A DNA stretch of 32,000 nucleotides from Mycolicibacterium smegmatis. GTDB taxonomy: Bacteria > Actinomycetota > Actinomycetes > Mycobacteriales > Mycobacteriaceae. The stretch is taken from the NCBI RefSeq assembly GCF_001457595.1, contig NZ_LN831039.1:5310001-5342000 (forward strand), written 5' to 3'. The notes under the pieces were generated by a model. The model made no database searches and was not told where the DNA came from. It saw only the letters and a list, made by a program, of their open reading frames with translations. The position numbers were made by a program, and so were the translations under genes. Positions 1 through 6,851 of this stretch are shown in pieces. The stretch's first letter is position 1. Every line of letters starts with the position of its first letter.

Positions 1-1237
1 ACGGCTTGACGCACCACAGCGAGGTGTCCCAGTTGCCGGCGTAGTAGCGCATGCCGGGCAGGAACGAGATCTTGCGCGGGAAGAGGTTTCCCAGCGTCAC
101 CGTGGTGACCAGCACCGCCAACAGCAGCAGCGGCAGCGGCGTGCTCAGGTCGGTGATGCCGACGTCGGCGTGCCCGACGAACAACGTTGCCACGCAGAAG
201 ATCATGAACACGTTCCACTCCAGCGGCACGCCCATGGGGATGGCACTGAGGATGCCGAAGTGGAAGCAGATCATCACGGTCGCCGCGAGCGCGGTGGGCC
301 ATCCGCCGTGGGAGAAGAACAGCGCCAGCGGCACCAGCATCTCGATCGCGGTGCTGACGTGCGCGAGCCAGCGCGAGGGGCGGCCGGGCCGTAGATCATC
401 CGGGAAGTGTTCGAAGAACTTGCGTTTGATGAACCGTGGCCGCAGCACCGGGTTGTTGCTCATCATCGTCGAGATGACGAACGGGAAGTGTTTGTTGAGC
501 TTGGAGGTGGCCGCGCCCAGCCAGATCACCATGCACACCAGCTTGGCGGCCAGGATCGCGTCGACGCCGTGACCGGCGAACAGGAACGCGACCGTGAACG
601 ACGCGTACACCTCGCCGCGCGCGGCCAGGAAGATGACCTTGTCGCGCAGACCGAGCACCGCGAGAAGCACCAGCACCGCGGCGATCTGCCACATCGGCAG
701 CACGCCGATCTCGGTGCCGAGTGCGGGCAGCGGCCCCGTACCGTCGGAGAAGATCGCGATCAGCAGCACCACGAGCAGCGCGCCGTACAGCACCGCGTCG
801 AACACCGTGCGGGTGTCACCCTTGGTCAGCGGCACGCGGTCGGGCCACGGGGGCAGGCGAATGGTCTTCGGCCGCAACCAGTACAGGATCGACCCCATCG
901 GCGGGAAAAACCGGTTGTTGAGCGGGCCGAAGCCGCAGCCTAGTCCCACGACCTCGTACAGCATGGTGTAGAGCACGACCTTCTCGAACACGATCGGTTC
1001 GGTCCACCAGTCGGCGACCGCGGTGAAACCGTCGATGCCGCGCGTGCTCAGCACCACGAGCCACGCGCCCAGGACGTACAGGCAGATCTTCACGACGTAG
1101 AACAGATGCAGCGCGACCGGGGTGCCGAACCCGACCTCGGCCCAGTGGCGGGCCATCGGCCGGATCTTCTCGGCGCGAGTGCCCTTGCTCCACTCCTCGA
1201 AGTCGACTTGCGGAGCGGTCTGCTTGAGAAAGCCCAT
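1..1237 (-). CDS. Multi-pass membrane protein, DUF3556-like (N-terminal ~412 aa; C-terminus lies beyond the window edge)
   Basis: Absent from the ORF track because it runs off the window. Reading the minus strand from ATG at 1237..1235 gives an uninterrupted frame MGFLKQTAPQVDFEEWSKGTRAEKIRPMARHWAEVGFGTPVALHLFYVVK... It has strong GC3 bias and many hydrophobic helices. The family name is from memory of the conserved N-terminus. Confidence 0.75.
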   Translation of the reverse strand, partial: MGFLKQTAPQVDFEEWSKGTRAEKIRPMARHWAEVGFGTPVALHLFYVVKICLYVLGAWLVVLSTRGIDGFTAVADWWTEPIVFEKVVLYTMLYEVVGLGCGFGPLNNRFFPPMGSILYWLRPKTIRLPPWPDRVPLTKGDTRTVFDAVLYGALLVVLLIAIFSDGTGPLPALGTEIGVLPMWQIAAVLVLLAVLGLRDKVIFLAARGEVYASFTVAFLFAGHGVDAILAAKLVCMVIWLGAATSKLNKHFPFVISTMMSNNPVLRPRFIKRKFFEHFPDDLRPGRPSRWLAHVSTAIEMLVPLALFFSHGGWPTALAATVMICFHFGILSAIPMGVPLEWNVFMIFCVATLFVGHADVGITDLSTPLPLLLLAVLVTTVTLGNLFPRKISFLPGMRYYAGNWDTSLWCVKP

Positions 1238-1248
1238 GCGGGCCAGAT

Positions 1249-1262
1249 TAGAACGTGTTCTA
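1249..1262. promoter_or_regulatory. KstR-type operator TAGAACGTGTTCTA (perfect 6+6 arms of TnnAACnnGTTnnA)
   Basis: Exact match to the published KstR motif pattern, 11 nt upstream of the DUF3556-like start codon. On the minus strand a TAATCT -10-like hexamer overlaps the operator and ends 7 nt before the ATG, which suggests a leaderless transcript. Confidence 0.6.
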
Positions 1263-1270
1263 GTCGCCTG

Positions 1271-1795
1271 TCAGCCGGTCTCGGCCGGTGGGCGGTAGAA
1301 GATCGCCAACTGGCCGATTCCGCCGGCCAGACCGAGTACCACCGCGATCGCGAGCCCCCACCAGCCGTACAGGTAGTCGTAGAAACCGGTGCCGGAGAAC
1401 AGCAGGTGATCCAGGCTGAAGCGGCCCGCCCCGGTCCCGGCGATCGCGATCGCGGCGACCGCGAGGATCAGGTTGTACTCCCAGCCCTCCTTGACGATGA
1501 AGAAGCCGTTGGCCCGGTGCACGGTCCACGCCGCGACGAGCATCAGCGCGACGAAACCCGCCGCGGGAATCGGCGTCAGCAGGCCCACCGCCAGACCGAG
1601 GCCTGCGGCGATCTCGGTGGTGGCCGCCACGCGGGCGTGGAACATACCGGGCTTCATGCCGATGCTGTCGAACCAGCCCGCGGTGCCGGGGATGCGGCCG
1701 CCGCCGAAGAACTTGTTGTAGCCGTGAGCTGCCATGGTGAGGCCGAGAACCACGCGCAGGATCAGGATCGCAGTGTCGAACGCACTTTCCGCCAT
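1271..1795 (-). CDS. DoxX family membrane protein
   Basis: ORF 1271..1909, trimmed to the internal ATG (MAESAFDTAILILRVVLGLTMAAHGYNKFFG...). It has four hydrophobic helices and a typical DoxX N-terminal motif. It lies 22 nt downstream of the SDR gene on the same strand. Confidence 0.85.
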   Translation of the reverse strand: MAESAFDTAILILRVVLGLTMAAHGYNKFFGGGRIPGTAGWFDSIGMKPGMFHARVAATTEIAAGLGLAVGLLTPIPAAGFVALMLVAAWTVHRANGFFIVKEGWEYNLILAVAAIAIAGTGAGRFSLDHLLFSGTGFYDYLYGWWGLAIAVVLGLAGGIGQLAIFYRPPAETG

Positions 1796-1817
1796 GTGAC
1801 GAAATCTAAGCCATCTG

Positions 1818-2582
1818 TCACGCGGCTGCCCACCCCCCGTCCACACTGAGGATGGCACCGTGGATGTTGGCGGCCTCGTCACCGGCCAGGAACACCACCG
1901 CGGCGGCAACTTCCTCGGGCGTGCTCATCCGCCGCGACGGTATGCGGGCGAGCACCCCGGACACATGGTCGGCAGCCTCCAGCACCCGCTCGGTGGCGAT
2001 CGGTCCCGGCGCCACCGCGTTCACGCGCACGCCCTGCGGGCCGTATTCGACCGCCCACGATTTGGTCAGCGAGTGCACAGCGGCCTTCGTCGACGAATAC
2101 AGCGCCGCCCTGTCGCCCCCGATGAAGCCCGTGATCGATCCGACGTTGACCACGGCACCATGGCCGCGTTCGGCCATCGCGGGCGCCAGCGCACCGGTGA
2201 GCAGGAACGGGGCGATGACGTTGGTGCGGAAGGACGCAAGCAGATCCGGCTCCGAGACCGCGGACGTGGCCTCGGGCATGCCCCACAACCCGGCGTTGTT
2301 CACCAGGATGTCGATGTGCCCACCGGCCACCTCGACGGCCCGCCGGGCAAGCCGGCGAACCTCGTCCTCGCCGGCCGCCAGGTCGGCGGCGACGAGATCG
2401 ACCCGCCCGCCCGCGCTGCGGATGCCGGCGACGACGGCGTCGCCACGCGCGGCGTCGCGGCCGGTGATGACGACGTGCGCGCCGTTGGCTGCCAGCGACG
2501 ATGCGATGGCGACCCCGAGGCCGCCGGTTGCCCCTGTGACCAGGGCGGTGCGGCCTTCCAGCCGCGTGCTGTGGTTGTTCAT
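1818..2582 (-). CDS. Short-chain dehydrogenase/reductase (classical SDR)
   Basis: ORF 1818..2840, trimmed to MNNHSTRLEGRTALVTGATGGLG... It has the TGxxxGxG cofactor motif, NNAG, and the YSSTK (YxxxK) catalytic motif. Confidence 0.9.
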   Translation of the reverse strand: MNNHSTRLEGRTALVTGATGGLGVAIASSLAANGAHVVITGRDAARGDAVVAGIRSAGGRVDLVAADLAAGEDEVRRLARRAVEVAGGHIDILVNNAGLWGMPEATSAVSEPDLLASFRTNVIAPFLLTGALAPAMAERGHGAVVNVGSITGFIGGDRAALYSSTKAAVHSLTKSWAVEYGPQGVRVNAVAPGPIATERVLEAADHVSGVLARIPSRRMSTPEEVAAAVVFLAGDEAANIHGAILSVDGGWAAA

Positions 2583-2606
2583 GCGTCCAGGTGTACTGTT
2601 CAAAAA

Positions 2607-3209
2607 ATGGACCAGCAAGTCCAAAAACTCACCCCCAAGGGGGCAGCGACCCGGCGGCGCATCATCGAGGGCGCCGCAGCCGAGATCCACAGCCGCGGCG
2701 TCGCCGACACCACGCTCGACGACATCCGTGCCCGCACGGGAACGTCCAAGAGCCAGCTCTTCCACTACTTTCCGGGCGGCAAGGATCAGCTGATGCTCGC
2801 CGTGGCCGAGCACGAGGCACAACAGGTCCTCGCTGACCAACAGCCCTACCTGGGCGATCTGACGTCATGGACGTCGTGGCGGCGCTGGCGCGACGCCGTC
2901 GTCGACCGTTACCGCCGCCAGGGACAGCACTGTCCGCTCAGCACGCTGATGTCAGAGCTGGGCCGCAGCACCCCCGGCGCGCAGGCCGTCTCGAGAGCCC
3001 TGCTGCGCCAATGGCACGACGAGATCACCACAGGCATCCGGCACATGCAGGGGCACGGCGAGATCACCGCGGACCTGGACGCCGAGCGTATGGCCGCCGC
3101 GCTGCTGGCCGGCATCCAGGGTGGCGTGAACGTCATGCTGGTGACGGGCGACCTGAGCTACCTGGAGGCCGCGCTGGACTCCGGTATCGCTGCGCTGCAA
3201 CGGGGTTAA
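2607..3209 (+). CDS. TetR/AcrR family transcriptional regulator
   Basis: Internal ATG of ORF 1860..3209: MDQQVQKLTPKGAATRRRIIEGAAAEIHSRGVADTTLDDIRARTGTSKSQLFHYFPGGK, a TetR HTH signature. It is divergent from the SDR-DoxX pair, with only 24 bp between the two start codons. Confidence 0.9.
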   Translation: MDQQVQKLTPKGAATRRRIIEGAAAEIHSRGVADTTLDDIRARTGTSKSQLFHYFPGGKDQLMLAVAEHEAQQVLADQQPYLGDLTSWTSWRRWRDAVVDRYRRQGQHCPLSTLMSELGRSTPGAQAVSRALLRQWHDEITTGIRHMQGHGEITADLDAERMAAALLAGIQGGVNVMLVTGDLSYLEAALDSGIAALQRG

Positions 3210-4471
3210 CCGTCGAGCGCCTTGGCCAACCGCTCGACATACGCCGCCAGGGCGTCCTCGCCGCCGATCGCGGATGCGGCGGTGTGCACGCTCACCGCGA
3301 CCGTGTCGCCGATGCCGTGCACGCCGTGTGTCAGGCCCATCATGGGCGACAACGCCGGGTAGCCTGCCGTCACCGCCACCCTGGCCGAACCGAAGCGCAA
3401 ATCCGCCGCGCCACGGTTGACGCTGGACACCACGGTGTTGCCGGTCGCCACGGGCGAACGCAGCGTCGGGTCGAATTGTGCGACGCCCCAACGCAACAGC
3501 GGGGCCGGTGTCGCGGCGAACGCCCGACTGGCCGCGATCATCGCCGGATGCGCGGCACGGACGCGGCGCTGCGCGAAGTCCTCCACGATGTGTTCGATGC
3601 GCTCGACATGCCCCAGGTCGGGATACAGGCCGATACCGACGTTGCCGAAGTGGTTGCGGGCCCGTCGTGGACCGGCTTTCGCCATCGGGACCTCCGCGCC
3701 CAGGTAGGCCGGGTCGTCGCCCAGTTCGCGCAGGTGGGCACTGAGCGCGGTCGAGATCGCGCTCAGGACACCGACCGTGACGGTCGGGCCGGAGATCTGG
3801 TCCCGGGTTCGCACGATCGTGCGTATCCAACGGTGCCCGTCGGGTGCGGAGTTGCTGCGAAGTACGGGACGCGCGGGTGCCTGCGGCGGCACCTCGCCCC
3901 ATGCCTCGTCGGCGACGAGTCTCCGGTGCGCACGCGCGGCCCGCACCGCACGCACCGGCAGCGCCGCCGTCGGGAACCTGCTGGCCGGGATCGGGTCCAG
4001 GATTGTCTCGCGTCCGAACAGCCTGGCGGCCAACGCCGACGAGCGGATCCCGTCGGCCAGGGCGTGCGCGATCTGCAGCACAACCACGACACCGGTGTTG
4101 TCGTTGCGCGGCATGTCGCGCACGTGCGGGTAGACATGCAGCCGCCACGTGGCGGTGGTCGCGTCGAGTTGATCGTCGGCCAGCGCGCTGATCGCGTCGA
4201 GACATTCGTTCCACGTCGGCGCACCGAGATCGTGGACGACGAACTGACCGTCGGTGACCGGGCCCGGCACCCACGCCGGATACACCAGCCTGACGCCGTC
4301 ACTGATCCGCAACGCGAGATCGGGGCAGCGTCGCGCGCGGGCCCGTACCTCGTCGAGCGCCGCGTCCAGATCACCTGTGTCGCCGTCGAATCCGTACAGC
4401 AGGAACTGGTCGTTCGGAAGCTTCGCCGACATCCACCAGGTCTGCGCGTCCACGGCCGCCAAGCGGGCCAC
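3206..4471 (-). CDS. WS/DGAT-like (wax ester synthase/diacylglycerol acyltransferase family) O-acyltransferase
   Basis: 421-aa ORF with GTG start preceded by GGGGGAG. The layout resembles WS/DGAT proteins, with an HHxxxDG-type active-site motif present as AHALADG. Its stop overlaps the TetR stop by 4 bp (convergent). Confidence 0.6.
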   Translation of the reverse strand: MARLAAVDAQTWWMSAKLPNDQFLLYGFDGDTGDLDAALDEVRARARRCPDLALRISDGVRLVYPAWVPGPVTDGQFVVHDLGAPTWNECLDAISALADDQLDATTATWRLHVYPHVRDMPRNDNTGVVVVLQIAHALADGIRSSALAARLFGRETILDPIPASRFPTAALPVRAVRAARAHRRLVADEAWGEVPPQAPARPVLRSNSAPDGHRWIRTIVRTRDQISGPTVTVGVLSAISTALSAHLRELGDDPAYLGAEVPMAKAGPRRARNHFGNVGIGLYPDLGHVERIEHIVEDFAQRRVRAAHPAMIAASRAFAATPAPLLRWGVAQFDPTLRSPVATGNTVVSSVNRGAADLRFGSARVAVTAGYPALSPMMGLTHGVHGIGDTVAVSVHTAASAIGGEDALAAYVERLAKALDG

Positions 4472-4497
4472 GCGTCACACTCCCCCGGCCGGGCCGG

Positions 4498-5193
4498 TCA
4501 CGGTTTCACCGGTTCGAACTCCGACATCAACCACTGCCCGTCCTCGCGCACCATCGTCGCGCGAACGGTCGACGTGGTCTTCTGCGGCGCCTGATCTCCC
4601 ACGGCCACCAGTTGATTGACGAACAGCACCAGTTCGACGCGGTCCGGCGACGCCGATGCGACGCCGATCGCGGGCACGTCGGCGTTCGCGGTGACGCGCT
4701 GCGTGGTCGCGACCGGGATGACCCGGGTGTTGACCAGCGTGGTGTAACTGTCGCGGAAGTTGCCGGTGAGCCGGTTCAGCGCCTCGTTGAGATGCGCTTC
4801 GACGGTGTCCGGCTCGTACGACAGCATCTCGACGGTGATGTCCTTGGCGGCCTGCACCGATTCGGTTCTTGCCGTGTCACTTTCGGCGTTCCAGGCGATC
4901 TGCCACTTCAGGAACGCCGACCCCGCGGCCAAGAGCAGCGCGACGGCCGGGATCACGGCGAACACCAGCACGCGCGACCACGCGATGGTGCGCGCGGGTT
5001 CGGGGTCCGGCTCGGGTGACTCTTCGGTGGTCTCTTCGGCCTCCGGCGTCACGTCATCGCTCGAGGTGGCATCCTCGGCGGGCTCGGTGAGCCCAGCCTC
5101 TTCGGTGGCCTCGACGGTCTGCTCGGCGGTCTCTTCTTCGGGGCGCTCCTTCTCGGCCTGCGTGAACGCCCGGAAACTGTGCCTACCGCTCAT
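4498..5193 (-). CDS. Mce-associated membrane protein (Mam-like)
   Basis: ORF 4498..5604, trimmed to MSGRHSFRAF... It has an acidic disordered N-terminus, one TM helix (VLVFAVIPAVALLLAAGSAFL), then an NTF2-like domain typical of Mam proteins. Its ATG overlaps the upstream stop (ATGA). Confidence 0.7.
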   Translation of the reverse strand: MSGRHSFRAFTQAEKERPEEETAEQTVEATEEAGLTEPAEDATSSDDVTPEAEETTEESPEPDPEPARTIAWSRVLVFAVIPAVALLLAAGSAFLKWQIAWNAESDTARTESVQAAKDITVEMLSYEPDTVEAHLNEALNRLTGNFRDSYTTLVNTRVIPVATTQRVTANADVPAIGVASASPDRVELVLFVNQLVAVGDQAPQKTTSTVRATMVREDGQWLMSEFEPVKP

Positions 5194-5768
5194 TCGATGA
5201 ACTCCACATCGGAAACCTTTGCCTGCCCGGCGTTCTCCTCGACGGTCAGCCGCATGCGCCAGAACTGGGGCGCCTGCTCCGGCACACCCGCGTTGGTCGA
5301 CTTCACCGTCACCGAGACCAGCACCTTGGCCGTGTTGTCGTCGACGGACTCCAGCGCCGAACTGGTGATGGTGCCCTCGGATTTCGACTGCACCTGCTTG
5401 ACGACCTCGAGATAGGACTCGGCGCGCTTCTGGAAGTCGTCGAAGAACGTCCCGCTCGCGGAGTCCAGCACGCGTTGCACATCGGCGTCGGCGGTCTCCC
5501 AGCCCACGTTGGTCAGTGCCGTCGCGGCCTGGCGACCGGCCTGCAGGAACGCCTCGCGCTGCTGCTCGACGCCGTAGGACTGATAGGCACGGTAGCCGAG
5601 CCACCCGGTCAGCACCGCGAGCACCACGACCACCGCGATCCCCACCCGCGCACCCAGCGCGACCCGCGACAGCGGCTCTTTGACCTCCGGGGTCCCGTCC
5701 TCGGGGGCCTCCTCGGCCTCTTCGGCGTCAGTCGACTCGACGGCGTCAGGGCTGTCGTCGTCTGCCAT
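5190..5768 (-). CDS. Mce-associated membrane protein (Mam-like)
   Basis: ORF 5190..5810, trimmed to MADDDSPDAV..., which is preceded by AGGAGC. It has the same architecture: acidic N-terminus, one TM helix, NTF2-like C-terminal domain. Confidence 0.7.
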   Translation of the reverse strand: MADDDSPDAVESTDAEEAEEAPEDGTPEVKEPLSRVALGARVGIAVVVVLAVLTGWLGYRAYQSYGVEQQREAFLQAGRQAATALTNVGWETADADVQRVLDSASGTFFDDFQKRAESYLEVVKQVQSKSEGTITSSALESVDDNTAKVLVSVTVKSTNAGVPEQAPQFWRMRLTVEENAGQAKVSDVEFIE

Positions 5769-5930
5769 ACCTCTGCTCCTCGGCTGCTGCACCTGCACTA
5801 CATGTCGCACGCCTGGTGTAAACGAGCGCGCGGTCCAACGTACGTGGCGTCGGTCACACCGTCATCGGCGGTACCGGGTGCGCAGCTTATTCGCTGCGAG
5901 GCTGTGCCTCCAGAAGCATCGGGTTCGCGT

Positions 5931-5952
5931 CCGAGGCGGTGACCCGCCTCGG
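5931..5952. other. Perfect 9-bp inverted repeat CCGAGGCGG-tgac-CCGCCTCGG
   Basis: Read directly from the sequence. It lies in the divergent intergenic region, 36 nt before the alpha/beta hydrolase GTG start. No T-tract follows. Function unknown. Confidence 0.3.
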
Positions 5953-5987
5953 TAACGTGACGCCGGGGGGCCGCCGAGAGGAAGTCC

Positions 5988-6851
5988 GTGAGCACTGCAC
6001 AAACCGAATCGCAGACCGTTGCGTTCCGTGGTGTCGACGATCTGACCCTCGTCGGCGACGAGTGGAACAAGGGCGCCGAGCGGGCCGCGGACCGGCCCAC
6101 GGTCCTGTTGCTGCACGGCGGCGGCCAGAACCGGTACTCGTGGAAGAACACCGGCCAGATCCTGGCCGATCAGGGATTTCACGTCATCGCGCTGGACGCC
6201 CGCGGGCACGGCGACAGTGACCGCTCCCCCAGCGCGAACTACTCGGTCGACGCGATGTGCGGCGACGTGCTGGCGGTGCTGTACCAGATCAGCCGTCCGG
6301 TGGCGCTGATCGGCGCCAGCATGGGCGGACTGACGGGACTCCTCGCGGCGCACGAGGCCGGCCCGGAGCGCGTGACACAACTCGTGCTCGTCGACGTCGT
6401 GCCCAACTTCGAGAAGTCCGGCAGCGCACGCATCCGCGACTTCATGGCGAGCAACGTCGACGGCTTCGACACGCTGGAGGAGGCCGCCGACGCCGTCGCG
6501 GCGTACCTGCCGCATCGCAGGAGACCGCGCAACCCCGAAGGGCTCAAGAAGAACCTGCGCCTACGCGACGGCCGTTGGTACTGGCACTGGGATCCGGCGT
6601 TCCTCGGCAAGCCGCACGACGACCCGTTCGTGCGGGTCGAACGGCTGGAACAAGCCGCGGTGAACCTGACTGTTCCGATCCTGTTGATCCGTGGGAAGCT
6701 CTCCGACGTGGTCAGCCCAGAAGGTGTCGCAGAGTTCCTGGAGAAGGTCCCCGCCGCGGAGTTCGTCGAACTCTCCGATGCCGGGCACACCGCAGCAGGC
6801 GACGACAACGACGCATTCACCCAGGTCGTCGTGGAGTTCGTGAACCGGTGA
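5988..6851 (+). CDS. Alpha/beta fold hydrolase
   Basis: 287-aa ORF with GTG start preceded by GAGAGGAAG. It has the HGGGQ oxyanion-type motif, the GASMGG nucleophile elbow and a C-terminal DAGH. Its stop overlaps the next start (GTGA). Confidence 0.85.
   Translation: MSTAQTESQTVAFRGVDDLTLVGDEWNKGAERAADRPTVLLLHGGGQNRYSWKNTGQILADQGFHVIALDARGHGDSDRSPSANYSVDAMCGDVLAVLYQISRPVALIGASMGGLTGLLAAHEAGPERVTQLVLVDVVPNFEKSGSARIRDFMASNVDGFDTLEEAADAVAAYLPHRRRPRNPEGLKKNLRLRDGRWYWHWDPAFLGKPHDDPFVRVERLEQAAVNLTVPILLIRGKLSDVVSPEGVAEFLEKVPAAEFVELSDAGHTAAGDDNDAFTQVVVEFVNR

Noticed and set aside
4511-4522. tRNA T-arm-like GGTTCGAACTCC
   Set aside because: It lies inside the Mam-like coding sequence, and no acceptor or anticodon stems can be drawn around it.
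2867-4594. Very long ORFs antisense or out of frame to the called genes (for example 2867..4594 +, 2952..4274 -, 6239..7708 -, 20272..21465 -, 29647..31587 -, 24666..25637 -)
   Set aside because: Their translations are Arg/Pro/Gly/Ala-rich with no recognisable motifs and overlap well-supported genes. Long spurious ORFs are expected in DNA this GC-rich because stop codons are rare.
6257-6847. N-terminal 197-aa extension of the fusion ORF as listed in the track (start 6257)
   Set aside because: It overlaps the alpha/beta hydrolase CDS in another frame and translates to Arg-rich nonsense. The in-frame GTG at 6848, overlapping the hydrolase stop, gives a sensible N-terminus.
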